Shown in pieces: positions 46,194-55,654 of a stretch of 64,000 bases of DNA. Position 1 is the stretch's first letter, and each line of letters opens with the position of its first letter. The translations under genes were made by a program, and so were the position numbers. Location: the NCBI GenBank assembly GCA_018971305.1, contig JAGXBC010000004.1, forward strand, positions 4,028 to 68,027, given 5' to 3'. Source of the stretch: Patescibacteria group bacterium. Lineage in GTDB: Bacteria; Patescibacteriota; Minisyncoccia; UBA6257; 2-01-FULL-56-20. The notes below the pieces were generated by a model. That model was not told the origin of the DNA and did no database searches. It was given only the letters and a program-made list of their open reading frames with translations.

Positions 46194-47105
46194 TTAAAAT
46201 GGGATCGTTTTTTCTGCTACCTCTTTGGCATCTATATTTAATGTCAATTTTTTAGTAGTCTCCAATCCCCACGTAATAGTAAAAAGGTGTTTTTGTGACA
46301 TATTTAGCAAAGAAATATCGTAATCTAACCCTATTTCTCCTTTATCGTAAATTGTATAAAAAATTTTTAATTTATTATCCACGTCTTTAACAATAGAAAT
46401 GCTACCGCTGCTATTTTTTTCATCAAGAAATATTACCTTCTTATCGTCAGCGAAAGAAATATCGCTCGGTGTCCAAAAAAAGAAGGTGCCCTCCTTGATG
46501 TTTAGGATATTTGTTATTAAATCATCTTTAGTCCAGTCATATAAACTAGCACCGTTCGATTTAAAATTTAAACTTGTAAATAGTCGATTTTTAATAAAGC
46601 CGTTAGCGAAATAAGATAAAATATAATTTTTATCTGACGAATCTTTAATGAACAAATCTAGATTCCATCCATATGGTCCATCTTCAAGGTCGGTCATAAA
46701 TGCTGGCTGTAGGGGGTATACATTGATTTCTGTATCCTTCCCAGGATAAATTGGGTATGCATTATTATAACTATTCCGGGCTTCATTACTAAATGAATAT
46801 CCGCATATATAGATAGTTGAAGCTCCAAGATTTGTTAATTTAACTCGGTTGGTTGCAAAATCAAATTGGGCTTCTATTTGCGGTAATTCGGATTTCGATA
46901 GATTAATAATTACATTTTGTTGAACTATAAGATTTTTTATGGATTGGAATACGGTTTGGTTGGGAGAAATTATAAATCCAACCAAGGTCAATATAGCCCC
47001 CACCACGGCTATCCACTCTGCTTGTGACTGCCCCCTCAAGGCTAATACAGCAAACACCACCGTCAAACTGCCCCCGACTATTTGTAGCCACCACCCAAGA
47101 CTCAT
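46194..47105 (-). CDS. Hypothetical membrane-anchored protein encoded in a markedly AT-rich (about 30% GC) segment. Probable horizontal acquisition.
   Basis: N-terminal 2 TM. GC content far below the window average. No motif. Confidence 0.5.
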   Translation of the reverse strand: MSLGWWLQIVGGSLTVVFAVLALRGQSQAEWIAVVGAILTLVGFIISPNQTVFQSIKNLIVQQNVIINLSKSELPQIEAQFDFATNRVKLTNLGASTIYICGYSFSNEARNSYNNAYPIYPGKDTEINVYPLQPAFMTDLEDGPYGWNLDLFIKDSSDKNYILSYFANGFIKNRLFTSLNFKSNGASLYDWTKDDLITNILNIKEGTFFFWTPSDISFADDKKVIFLDEKNSSGSISIVKDVDNKLKIFYTIYDKGEIGLDYDISLLNMSQKHLFTITWGLETTKKLTLNIDAKEVAEKTIPF

Positions 47106-47112
47106 AAGTTTC

Positions 47113-47910
47113 TTATTTAATATTCTTTATATACCTACATTTCGGAAAATTTGAACAACCCCAAAATTGTTTACCGGCATAATCCCCTTGATGCGCCGTT
47201 CGAAGCTCTAGCTTACCACCACATTGAGGACAAATTTTTTCGTCTTGAGTTGCAGCCGGCTGTTGCGCTGGCAAATCCTCCGGCACGGCGTCTTTGCCAT
47301 ACGAAAGCCTATAGTATTTGATCAACTTCAAGCCATCGATAAGTTCTATTCTCGGATTTCCTTCAGCAGCCTTCTCTGCCATCATAGTGAAATTACCCGT
47401 TGTAACAAAAAATCCCTTTTCTGCCGGATTATTAATATTGGTAATCGCCCCAAGAAAATCGCGAACTTCGTGCGGGGTTACTTCTCTGGTTATAAACTTT
47501 TTACACTGAATAAAATATTTTTTGCCGTCCTTGTGTGCGATAACATCTATTCCCCCATCGTTTGCCCCACCAACAACCTCCGCTTTATATCCCAACCCTT
47601 CAAACATATCTGCAACCTCCTTTTCAAACTGCGCCGGCGACATACCTTTTAACATGTATAAAATCTTGTCGTCGCTTAAAAACGCAAGACCCCTGTTGTC
47701 GTGCGCTCTTTTCTTTAGAACAAAATATAAAATTACGCCGACAACCAAAACTACGGTGGCGATAATTCCATATAGAATGGCTTGCTCGCGATGTGTATAT
47801 GCCCAACCAAACAAACCAAGAATAAAAAGACCAATAATGCCGCTGGCAATGTCAACAAGCTCTTCTTTTGGAGATTTTCGCCTATAGTAATAACGCCTCC
47901 TTCTTGCCAT
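47113..47910 (-). CDS. Membrane-anchored restriction endonuclease-like (Mrr_cat) protein with a C-terminal topoisomerase-type C4 zinc ribbon.
   Basis: N-terminal 2 TM. Mrr catalytic-core-like GGANDGGIDVIA...QCKKF. C-terminal CPQCGG...WGCSNFPKCRY. Confidence 0.7.
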   Translation of the reverse strand: MARRRRYYYRRKSPKEELVDIASGIIGLFILGLFGWAYTHREQAILYGIIATVVLVVGVILYFVLKKRAHDNRGLAFLSDDKILYMLKGMSPAQFEKEVADMFEGLGYKAEVVGGANDGGIDVIAHKDGKKYFIQCKKFITREVTPHEVRDFLGAITNINNPAEKGFFVTTGNFTMMAEKAAEGNPRIELIDGLKLIKYYRLSYGKDAVPEDLPAQQPAATQDEKICPQCGGKLELRTAHQGDYAGKQFWGCSNFPKCRYIKNIK

Positions 47911-48096
47911 ATAATTTTACGACTTCTTAAAATCCGCCCAAAGGGAGAATAGGCCGAGCGCGAGGAAGAGCGCCGCCTCCGCCCAATTCTGTTTTTGCAA
48001 TGCCTCAATAAGCGCTATACCGAAAAAGATTATGAATACCGTGATGTTTACGAATTTTATGTTTTTCATATTTATCAGTATAATCCCAAATTTTGT

Positions 48097-48654
48097 TTAG
48101 CTCAATTTCTTTTCCACCTCCTCCCACGAAAATACCCGCTCAACGTTTTTGGGAAACTCGCCCTCCCTGTTCCACGGCTGATCAAAAAGAAAAACTCTTA
48201 TGCCGGCGGCGGCGCAATCAATGGCCGTAGCCAGATTGTCTTCAATAAAAACGTCTATCTCCAGCTCTTTGCATATCCCGGATTTTTTCCCGAAAGTTGT
48301 GTGGTGAACGTCCGCGAAGGCGTCCGGAAAACGCCCTTCTATCCACAATTTTGTCTCTTCCCTTTCTTTTGTCTCTCTCGCTGTGATTATATAAAGTTCG
48401 TGTCCCTGGGCTTTGATTGCCTTTATCGCTTTTACGGAACCTGCCACAGGATTGATCTTCTTAAGCTGGTCCGTAGCAAAAAATTCGTCCAGTTCTTTAA
48501 CGCGCTCTTCACGCGAGATGCCCCAGGTTTTTTCCCAGGAAAACTCGCGGAAGTCCGCCTTTTTAAAATCGGCTCCGTGTTTTTTATTGTGCATCTCGAT
48601 GATAGCGGCTCCGGAATCCGCCACTACGTCATCGAGGTCAAGTCCGATACGCAT
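48097..48654 (-). CDS. HAD superfamily 5'(3')-deoxyribonucleotidase-like protein.
   Basis: Motif I GLDLDDV. About 185 aa, NT5C-like. Confidence 0.65.
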   Translation of the reverse strand: MRIGLDLDDVVADSGAAIIEMHNKKHGADFKKADFREFSWEKTWGISREERVKELDEFFATDQLKKINPVAGSVKAIKAIKAQGHELYIITARETKEREETKLWIEGRFPDAFADVHHTTFGKKSGICKELEIDVFIEDNLATAIDCAAAGIRVFLFDQPWNREGEFPKNVERVFSWEEVEKKLS

Positions 48655-48658
48655 TTGG

Positions 48659-51118
48659 TTATTTCCTAACCTGTTTCTCCTTCTTTGCTATCGCTACCGT
48701 GGTTTTCACAACTGTGTCGGGGTTAAGGGACATGCTGTCAATGCCGGCTTCCACAAGGAATTCGGCGAAGTCCGGATAATCGGACGGGCCCTGGCCGCAG
48801 ATGCCGATGTATTTGCGCTTTGCTTTGCAGATTTTTATGACGTCCGCTATCAACTTCTTTATCGCCGGATTTTTTTCGTTCGCCACTTTGCTTACAATTC
48901 CCGAATCGCGGTCCAGTCCGAGCGTGAGTTGCGTAAGGTCGTTGGAACCGATAGACATTCCGTCAAAAATTTCCAAAAATTCGTTTGCCAAAATAACGTT
49001 GGATGGAATTTCGCACATCACGTAGATTGGAGTAATTGCTCTGCTTTTATCCTTATTCCTTACTCCTTTCTCCACATACCTCGTTACAAGTCCCACCTCT
49101 GCCATCGCCTCCTGGGTTTTTATTCCTTCTTCCACCGTGCGGCAGAAGGGCACCATCGGAATCACGTTCGTGAGGCCCATTTCTTCGCGGACGATTTTCA
49201 CCGCCGCGGCTTCCATCATAAAAGCCGGCTTGAACTTGGGGTCGTAGTAGCGGGAAGCGCCGCGCCAGCCGATCATCGGATTTTCTTCTTTCGGTTCGTA
49301 GGCCTCGCCGCCCAAAAGCGTTCTGTATTCGTTGGTCTTGAAGTCCGAGAAGCGGACGATAACCGGCCGTGGGTAGAAAGCCACGCCTATCTTCGCGATG
49401 CCAAAAGCAAGATTATCAATATAATATTTTTTCTGGTCTCTCCAGCCACTCATTTTACCGGCAATCTCCCGGCGCACGGCTGGTTTTTGTTTGGAAAGAT
49501 TTAATAAGGCCAAAGGATGAATGCCGATTTTGGAAGCGATAATAAATTCCTCGCGCGCGAGGCCCACGCCGGAATTCGGCAGGAAGGACGTTTCAAAAGC
49601 GGTGTCGGGCATCGCGACATTGACCATTACTTTGGTTTTCGGGTGCGGGATTTTCTTCAAATCGTGCTCAATAACTTTGAACTTCATAAATCCGCGGTAA
49701 ACGTTGCCGGCACTACCTGTAGTGTCTACCGTAACCGGGTCGCCGGTTTTTATAAATTTAGTGGCGTTCTCCGTTCCCACAACCGCCGGAATGCCGAGCT
49801 CGCGGCTAACTATTGCCGCGTGCGAAGTGCGGCCGCCTTTGTCCGTAACTATCGCCGAGGCAATCTTCATAATCGGTTCCCAGTCCGGGTCTGTCATCGT
49901 GGTCACCAAGACCTCGCCTTTCTTGAAATCGCGGATGCGTTTCGCGTCCAGTATCACGCGCGCTTTACCGGTTGCTATCCTTGAACCCACGGATGCCCCG
50001 GTTACAATTATCCTTGCTTCTTGCTTCCTACTTCCTACTTCCTGTAAGCGGTATTCCTTAATCTTTGAATAATCCTGATTGGCGTGAACGGTCTCAGGCC
50101 TCGCCTGAACGATAAAGAGCTCCCCCGTTATGCCGTCTTTTGCCCATTCCATATCCATCGGCGTCCACTTTTTATAGTGGTCGCTGTAGTGTTTTTCAAT
50201 AATCATGCCCCATTGCGCGAGCTGGGAAACTTCTTTATCCGTGAGAACAAAGCGGGCGCGCTCCACGGGCGACGTGGGAACTATTTTTGTCTGTTGAATC
50301 GCCTGGCCGGCATGGTAGATCATTTTCTGCAATTTAACGCCGAGCTTTTTTTCTATGATCGGATGCGGAACGCCGGTATCAAGTCCTTTTTTCCAAACGA
50401 ACCATTCATCCGGCGTCACTTCGCCTTTCACTATCATTTCTCCCAAACCCCAGGAACCGTTGATTAAAACGACGTCCGGGAAACCGGACTCGGTGTCCAG
50501 CGTGAACATTACGCCGGATGAGGCGCGGTCGGAGCGCACCATTTTCTGCACGCCGACGGAAAGCGCGATCTTCAGATGGTCAAAGTGGCGGTCGGCGCGG
50601 TAGGAAATAGCCCGGTCTGTGAATAAAGATGCCATCGTTGCCCTGACTGCGGCTACAACTTCTTCCGCTCCGCGGATTCCCAAGTAACTCTCCTGCTCGC
50701 CGGCGAAACTTGCTCCCGGCAAATCTTCGGCAGTTGCCGAGGAACGCACAGCTACATCAACATTCTTGCCGTAATGTTTTTCCATTTCCCGATAGGAACG
50801 GACAACCTCCGCGGATAAATCCTTGGGAAGCTTGGCGTGCATAATCGCGTAGCGTATCGCCGAACCGCGTTCGTGCAATTCTTTTAAATTTTTCGTTTTC
50901 AAACCCTGGAGCGTTTCTTTGATAAATTTATCCAAACCGGTTTTTTTGAGGAAATAGAAATAGGCCGTTGCGGTAACGACAAATCCGGACGGCACCGGCA
51001 CGCCTTTGGATTTAAGCGTGCGGATCATTTCTCCGAGCGAAGCATTCTTGCCGCCCACGAGGGAAACATCTTTAATGCCGACTTCTTCAAAAGGAAGGAT
51101 TAGTTTTTTGGACTTCAT
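48659..51118 (-). CDS. ppsA: Phosphoenolpyruvate synthase (pyruvate, water dikinase).
   Basis: N-terminal GGKNASLGEM. Phospho-His domain GGRTSHAAIVSRELGIPAVVG. C-terminal PEP-utilising TIM barrel. 819 aa. Confidence 0.9.
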   Translation of the reverse strand: MKSKKLILPFEEVGIKDVSLVGGKNASLGEMIRTLKSKGVPVPSGFVVTATAYFYFLKKTGLDKFIKETLQGLKTKNLKELHERGSAIRYAIMHAKLPKDLSAEVVRSYREMEKHYGKNVDVAVRSSATAEDLPGASFAGEQESYLGIRGAEEVVAAVRATMASLFTDRAISYRADRHFDHLKIALSVGVQKMVRSDRASSGVMFTLDTESGFPDVVLINGSWGLGEMIVKGEVTPDEWFVWKKGLDTGVPHPIIEKKLGVKLQKMIYHAGQAIQQTKIVPTSPVERARFVLTDKEVSQLAQWGMIIEKHYSDHYKKWTPMDMEWAKDGITGELFIVQARPETVHANQDYSKIKEYRLQEVGSRKQEARIIVTGASVGSRIATGKARVILDAKRIRDFKKGEVLVTTMTDPDWEPIMKIASAIVTDKGGRTSHAAIVSRELGIPAVVGTENATKFIKTGDPVTVDTTGSAGNVYRGFMKFKVIEHDLKKIPHPKTKVMVNVAMPDTAFETSFLPNSGVGLAREEFIIASKIGIHPLALLNLSKQKPAVRREIAGKMSGWRDQKKYYIDNLAFGIAKIGVAFYPRPVIVRFSDFKTNEYRTLLGGEAYEPKEENPMIGWRGASRYYDPKFKPAFMMEAAAVKIVREEMGLTNVIPMVPFCRTVEEGIKTQEAMAEVGLVTRYVEKGVRNKDKSRAITPIYVMCEIPSNVILANEFLEIFDGMSIGSNDLTQLTLGLDRDSGIVSKVANEKNPAIKKLIADVIKICKAKRKYIGICGQGPSDYPDFAEFLVEAGIDSMSLNPDTVVKTTVAIAKKEKQVRK

Positions 51119-51128
51119 TGGTTATATT

Positions 51129-51668
51129 TTAGAACACATTTTCCAGTTGATAAAGCCACCCGGGCTGCCATTTCCACGGCTGAGAAATTACGGTTTCCAG
51201 GGGAATTTTATTGATAATATTTTCCAAACCGTACTGCGTGGCGCGATGGCCGATGATCATTATCTTCTGGCCGTCGTATTTTTTGGAAATGTCGCTGAGA
51301 AAATCGCGCATGCGCTCGGTTGTTTGCGTATAACTTTCGCCGTTCGGGAAAGGAGTGTTAATTCTCTTCAATTTTTCCGCCCCAACCTTCTCGCCCGGAC
51401 CTTGCGTCAAGTCGCCATAATTGCATTCGTTCAGGCGCGCATCTCTTATTATTGGGAATTTATCACCAAAGGCAAGCTCGCCTGTTCTATATGACCTCTG
51501 CAGAGCCGAACAAAATATCGCGGCGAATTTATCGCCCTTATACCTCTCCCCCAATTCTTTCGCCTGCTTTTCTCCGAGCGGCGACAAGGCAACATCGTTC
51601 CAGCCGGAGGCCAGACCGGATTCATTATCGAAACTTGTTCCGTGCGCTTCGAAAATAATTTCTACCAT
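51129..51668 (-). CDS. Histidine phosphatase family protein (phosphoglycerate mutase-like).
   Basis: N-terminal IIFEAHGTS (RHG-like) and IIGHRATQ. Sits in a lower-glycolysis neighbourhood. Confidence 0.6.
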   Translation of the reverse strand: MVEIIFEAHGTSFDNESGLASGWNDVALSPLGEKQAKELGERYKGDKFAAIFCSALQRSYRTGELAFGDKFPIIRDARLNECNYGDLTQGPGEKVGAEKLKRINTPFPNGESYTQTTERMRDFLSDISKKYDGQKIMIIGHRATQYGLENIINKIPLETVISQPWKWQPGWLYQLENVF

Positions 51669-51678
51669 GAAAGATTTC

Positions 51679-52965
51679 TTACTCCTTTATCGCAATAACT
51701 AAATCGGAAACATTGGAACCGGTGTCGCCGGTTACAATATAATTCCCCACTAACTCAAAAAACGGATAGCTGTTGTTCTCTTGAAGAGATTTTTCTATAT
51801 CTATTCCCTTTTCTTCGGCGACATTCAAGGTAACCTTATCACAAATCGCGCCGGCGAATTCGCCGTTATCACGGCCGTCGGAAGCGAGTGTTAAGATAAG
51901 CTGTCCGTCTTTTATGTCTGTTAATTGCGAGAGCGCGAGCTGAAGGTTTCTGCCGCCGCGGCCGTTGCTTTTTACGCTTACCGTCGTCTCGCCGCCATAA
52001 AGCAAAGCGGTTTTTGACTCGCTTCTCTTTAACTCTTCTGCGATATCCCTTCCTACGGCTTGCGCCTCTTCGTTCATGGTCGTCGTCATAATTTGCGGAG
52101 AAAAACCCAACCGCCGCGCTTCGTCGGCCATGGCTTGTAAAGCGATGTCATTCGACACCACAAGGACATTCGCGACTTTCTCAAAATATTTATCTTCTTT
52201 CGGAGTTTCTATCATCATAGAAGCCACGAAGTCACATTCCCGCTTTTTATCATATCTGGCGATTACTTTTTGGGCATCAGCAATGGTAGTCGTATCTTTC
52301 ATTGTCGGCCCGGAAGCAACGAATTCAATATCATTGCCAGGCACGTCGGAAAAAACAAGCGAGACCGAACGCGCCGGATATGCGTATTTCGCCAAAAATC
52401 CTCCGCGAGCCAAAGAAATATGTTTGCGCACCGTATTTAGTTCCGTAATATCGGCTCCGGCATCCGTAAGGCAATTAAAAATTTTAGCTTCCTCAGAACA
52501 AGCCCTATTGGTCGGCTGGCAGAGAAGCGTTGAGCCGCCTCCCGAAATTATAAATATCACCAAGTCGTCTTCCTTGCAGGCATCCAAAAGATCTATTATT
52601 TTTTTCGTGGCGTCCATATTTTCGTCGGTGGGCAGGGGGTGGCTTCCGGCAAACGTTTGAATTCTTTTTAGAGTTCCTTTGTGCACATCTATAACGATTC
52701 CGCCTGTTATGCGCTCGCCTAACACATCTTCCAGCGCCGCACCGGCTTCGAGTGAACATTTGCCCACGCCCACAACGTAAAGATTTTTTATTGAAGCGAG
52801 GTCAAATTGGTAGTTATTGATGCTGAGTTTGTCGCCTTCCACCCTCACGGCGCGTTTAACAGCCCCATCGGTATCTATCGCCGCGAGTCCCGCTTCCGCG
52901 ATATTCAAAGCGGCCCGCCGCAGGTCGGTGGTTGCCAGATCGTTGAGGTTTTTGATTTTGTTCAC
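51679..52965 (-). CDS. Glycerate 2-kinase (MOFRL family).
   Basis: DUF4147 plus MOFRL architecture. GGGSTLL and GGETTV motifs. Confidence 0.8.
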   Translation of the reverse strand: MNKIKNLNDLATTDLRRAALNIAEAGLAAIDTDGAVKRAVRVEGDKLSINNYQFDLASIKNLYVVGVGKCSLEAGAALEDVLGERITGGIVIDVHKGTLKRIQTFAGSHPLPTDENMDATKKIIDLLDACKEDDLVIFIISGGGSTLLCQPTNRACSEEAKIFNCLTDAGADITELNTVRKHISLARGGFLAKYAYPARSVSLVFSDVPGNDIEFVASGPTMKDTTTIADAQKVIARYDKKRECDFVASMMIETPKEDKYFEKVANVLVVSNDIALQAMADEARRLGFSPQIMTTTMNEEAQAVGRDIAEELKRSESKTALLYGGETTVSVKSNGRGGRNLQLALSQLTDIKDGQLILTLASDGRDNGEFAGAICDKVTLNVAEEKGIDIEKSLQENNSYPFFELVGNYIVTGDTGSNVSDLVIAIKE

Positions 52966-53038
52966 AATTAAATACTACAACTTTTTGGCGCACAAAAAAA
53001 CGGCGCAGTTCTTATGAACGCGCCGTTTAATTTCCTTA

Positions 53039-53239
53039 TTATTTATAGCACCTCCTCACTACGGGGCAGAAAGTTATAGACAGATTAACCAGCACCCAGA
53101 GGACAAGAGAGTTTAAGAATAAGTTTCCCAACACACCGAATAGATACTGAACATAATACAAAAACGCGAAAAAGGAAACTTCGGAAATTACTCCATAAAC
53201 GAACTCTTTGGTTTTATTCATTTTAGATTTTTGTTTCAT
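53039..53239 (-). CDS. Small hypothetical membrane protein (66 aa).
   Basis: ORF with 2 TM. Weak support. Confidence 0.25.
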   Translation of the reverse strand: MKQKSKMNKTKEFVYGVISEVSFFAFLYYVQYLFGVLGNLFLNSLVLWVLVNLSITFCPVVRRCYK

Positions 53240-53361
53240 AGGTTCGGCCTTTCTTTATAGTATATAACAATTTAGTTTTAAATGTTATCGCACTGCCATT
53301 ATCCGAATATTCTCAACAATTCTTTTTCGGATTCTAAAGTATATTCGCCCTCTCGATCATC

Positions 53362-55482
53362 TTATAACTTTTCCCTCCGCAGCAAAACGGCGTTCACGGC
53401 AACGATAACCGTACTCAAAGACATGAACACGGCCGCGAGCGCGGGCTCAAGCAAGATTCCGCGGGAGGCAAGAACTCCGGCGGCCAAAGGCAGGGCAACA
53501 ACGTTATAGCCGGTTGCCCAAAATAAATTCTGTACCATTTTGTTGTATGTAAGTCGGGAGAGTTTGATGATTTTCAGAATATCGCGCGGGTCGTTCTTCA
53601 CTAAAATTATTCCGGCGGATTCTATCGCAATGTTAGTTCCCGCGCCGATGGCAATTCCCAAATCTGCCTGAGTAAGTGCCGGAGCGTCGTTAATACCATC
53701 GCCAACCATAGCGACCTTCAATCCCCGCTTCTGCAATTCTTTTACTTTGGATGCTTTTTCGCCCGGCAGAACTTTTGCGAAATATTCGTCTATACCAAGT
53801 TTTTCGGCAACCCAGCTGGCTACATCTTCGGAATCGCCGGTTATCATCGCCGTTCTTACACCGGCTTTCTTTAGTTTCACTATCGCTTCGCGTGATTCTT
53901 CGCGGATTATATCAGCCAAAGCAATGGCTCCGAGTAATACTCCGCCGGAGACGATATAAATTATTGTCTTTCCTTCTTTAGACAATACGGCGAGCCGAGA
54001 TTTCATTTTATCGGCAACCGCGCCGCTCAATATAGCTTCACCACCAACTAAAACATCCTGGCCATCAACCAATCCTCTAACACCTTTGCCGGGAATGCGC
54101 TCAAAATTTTTTACTTCAGCAATTTTGAGATCGCGCTTTTTCGCTTCCGCAACTATCGCCCGCGAAACGAAGTGCTCTGAATTTGAATCAACCGCAGCGG
54201 CCAGCCGCAAAACTTCCCCATCGTTCTCGGCAATAATATCTGTTACTCCATATTCGCCTTTAGTCAGGGTTCCCGTCTTATCAAAAAGAACAATATTTAT
54301 TTTCCTTGCTCGCTCCAACGAGGCTCGCTGCCTGATAAGAAATCCATTACGAGCCGCCATCGTAGTGGAGATCGCGGCAACAAGTGGTATGGCGAGTCCC
54401 AAGGCGTGCGGGCAAGCTATCACGAGAACAGCGACTAGCCGCGTTAAAGCGAAAGAGATTCCGGCCGAAGCAAGGAGCCAGGAAACCAAAGTTATAATTC
54501 CCGACGCCACGGCGATTATGGTGAGATAGAATGCCGCCTTGTCCGACAAAATCTGCAATCGCGATTTGGAGGCCTGCGCTTCTTTTATAAGCCGCATCAC
54601 TCCGGCCAAAAAAGTTTTCTCGCCGATTTTTGCCACGCGAATTTTTAGCGAGCCGTCACCGTTCGTCGTTCCGGCTATTACCTCGGCGCCCGTATTCTTT
54701 ATAACCGGCTTTGATTCGCCGGTGATAATTGCTTCGTTTACGTCCGACTTGCCGTCCGCCACAATCCCGTCCGCGGGAATTTTCCCTCCGGGCCGTACGA
54801 ATACCAAATCACCCTCTTTTAATTCCATGAGCGGAACGGTTTCACTCTTATCGCCGCGAATCACCTCGGCTACGTCCGGTAAAAGTTTGGATAATTCCTT
54901 AAGAGCTCCCTGGGCACCCTGGACAGATTTCATTTCTATCCAATGTCCCAAAAGCATCACAGCGATAAGCGTTGTCAGCTCCAAAAAAAGAGTCTGCGTG
55001 CCACCCGCCAAAACCGATATGGCGCTGTAAACGTAGGCGGTCGTAATGGCCAAGGCGATGAGCGTCATCATCCCTGGCAATTTGGCCTTAAGTTCACGCC
55101 AGGCACTTGCGATAAAAACCCAGCCGCAATAGAAAAATACTATTGAGCCGATCAATAACTGGAGATAGCGCGAACCGGGAAATTGCGGCGCTTGCCAGTT
55201 GAAAAACGTCTGCGGTAAATCCGAATAAACCAGAACCGGAACGGTTAAAACCAAACTCACCAAGAATTTTTTTAGAAAATCCTGGGTATGATGCCCGGCA
55301 TGTTTGTTGAAATCATCTTTGCTTCCTTCATGTTCGGAATGCTTGCTGTGTTCTATACTGCGTGCCTCGTGTTTTACGGCCACGAGCGCCATCCCGCAAT
55401 CCGGACACATACCGGGAATTTCCTGTTTAATCTCCGGATGCATAGGGCAGGTATAAATTTTGTTAACTAATTCCTGGTTCAT
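53362..55482 (-). CDS. copB: Copper-translocating P1B-type ATPase (CopB-like, CPH motif) with an N-terminal CxxC...CxxC metal-binding domain and a His-rich stretch.
   Basis: YTCPMHPE...CPDCGM, His-rich HEARSIEHSKHSEHEG..HAGHH, TGES, CPH, DKTGTLT, GDGINDAPAL. Confidence 0.9.
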   Translation of the reverse strand: MNQELVNKIYTCPMHPEIKQEIPGMCPDCGMALVAVKHEARSIEHSKHSEHEGSKDDFNKHAGHHTQDFLKKFLVSLVLTVPVLVYSDLPQTFFNWQAPQFPGSRYLQLLIGSIVFFYCGWVFIASAWRELKAKLPGMMTLIALAITTAYVYSAISVLAGGTQTLFLELTTLIAVMLLGHWIEMKSVQGAQGALKELSKLLPDVAEVIRGDKSETVPLMELKEGDLVFVRPGGKIPADGIVADGKSDVNEAIITGESKPVIKNTGAEVIAGTTNGDGSLKIRVAKIGEKTFLAGVMRLIKEAQASKSRLQILSDKAAFYLTIIAVASGIITLVSWLLASAGISFALTRLVAVLVIACPHALGLAIPLVAAISTTMAARNGFLIRQRASLERARKINIVLFDKTGTLTKGEYGVTDIIAENDGEVLRLAAAVDSNSEHFVSRAIVAEAKKRDLKIAEVKNFERIPGKGVRGLVDGQDVLVGGEAILSGAVADKMKSRLAVLSKEGKTIIYIVSGGVLLGAIALADIIREESREAIVKLKKAGVRTAMITGDSEDVASWVAEKLGIDEYFAKVLPGEKASKVKELQKRGLKVAMVGDGINDAPALTQADLGIAIGAGTNIAIESAGIILVKNDPRDILKIIKLSRLTYNKMVQNLFWATGYNVVALPLAAGVLASRGILLEPALAAVFMSLSTVIVAVNAVLLRREKL

Positions 55483-55654
55483 TGTTGTTTAGAAAAATTA
55501 TTTTCAATTGCATGGCTTATAACCTCAAGATTGCAACTTTTGTGCTCCCGGCACCACGCCTCGCATTTTTCCGCCCATTCTTTATCTTTATACGCGGAAC
55601 CGCATTCGGAGCAGATAAACGTTTGCGGCGATGTCTGTTTATTGTTTTGCTTCA
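55479..55654 (-). CDS. Small Cys-rich ORF (59 aa) not in the ORF track. Its stop overlaps the copB ATG (ATGA). Candidate metal-binding chaperone or regulator.
   Basis: Hand translation: MKQNNKQTSPQTFICSECGSAYKDKEWAEKCEAWCREHKSCNLEVISHAIENNFSKQQ. Open for 59 codons. ATGA overlap with copB. Confidence 0.4.

Noticed and set aside
48413-49504. 363-aa + strand ORF antisense to ppsA, and other long antisense ORFs (49517..49984, 54086..55030, 57568..58386, 62087..62695).
   Set aside because: They are fully embedded in well-supported minus-strand genes with clear conserved motifs. The antisense translations have no motifs and skewed Arg/Phe composition.
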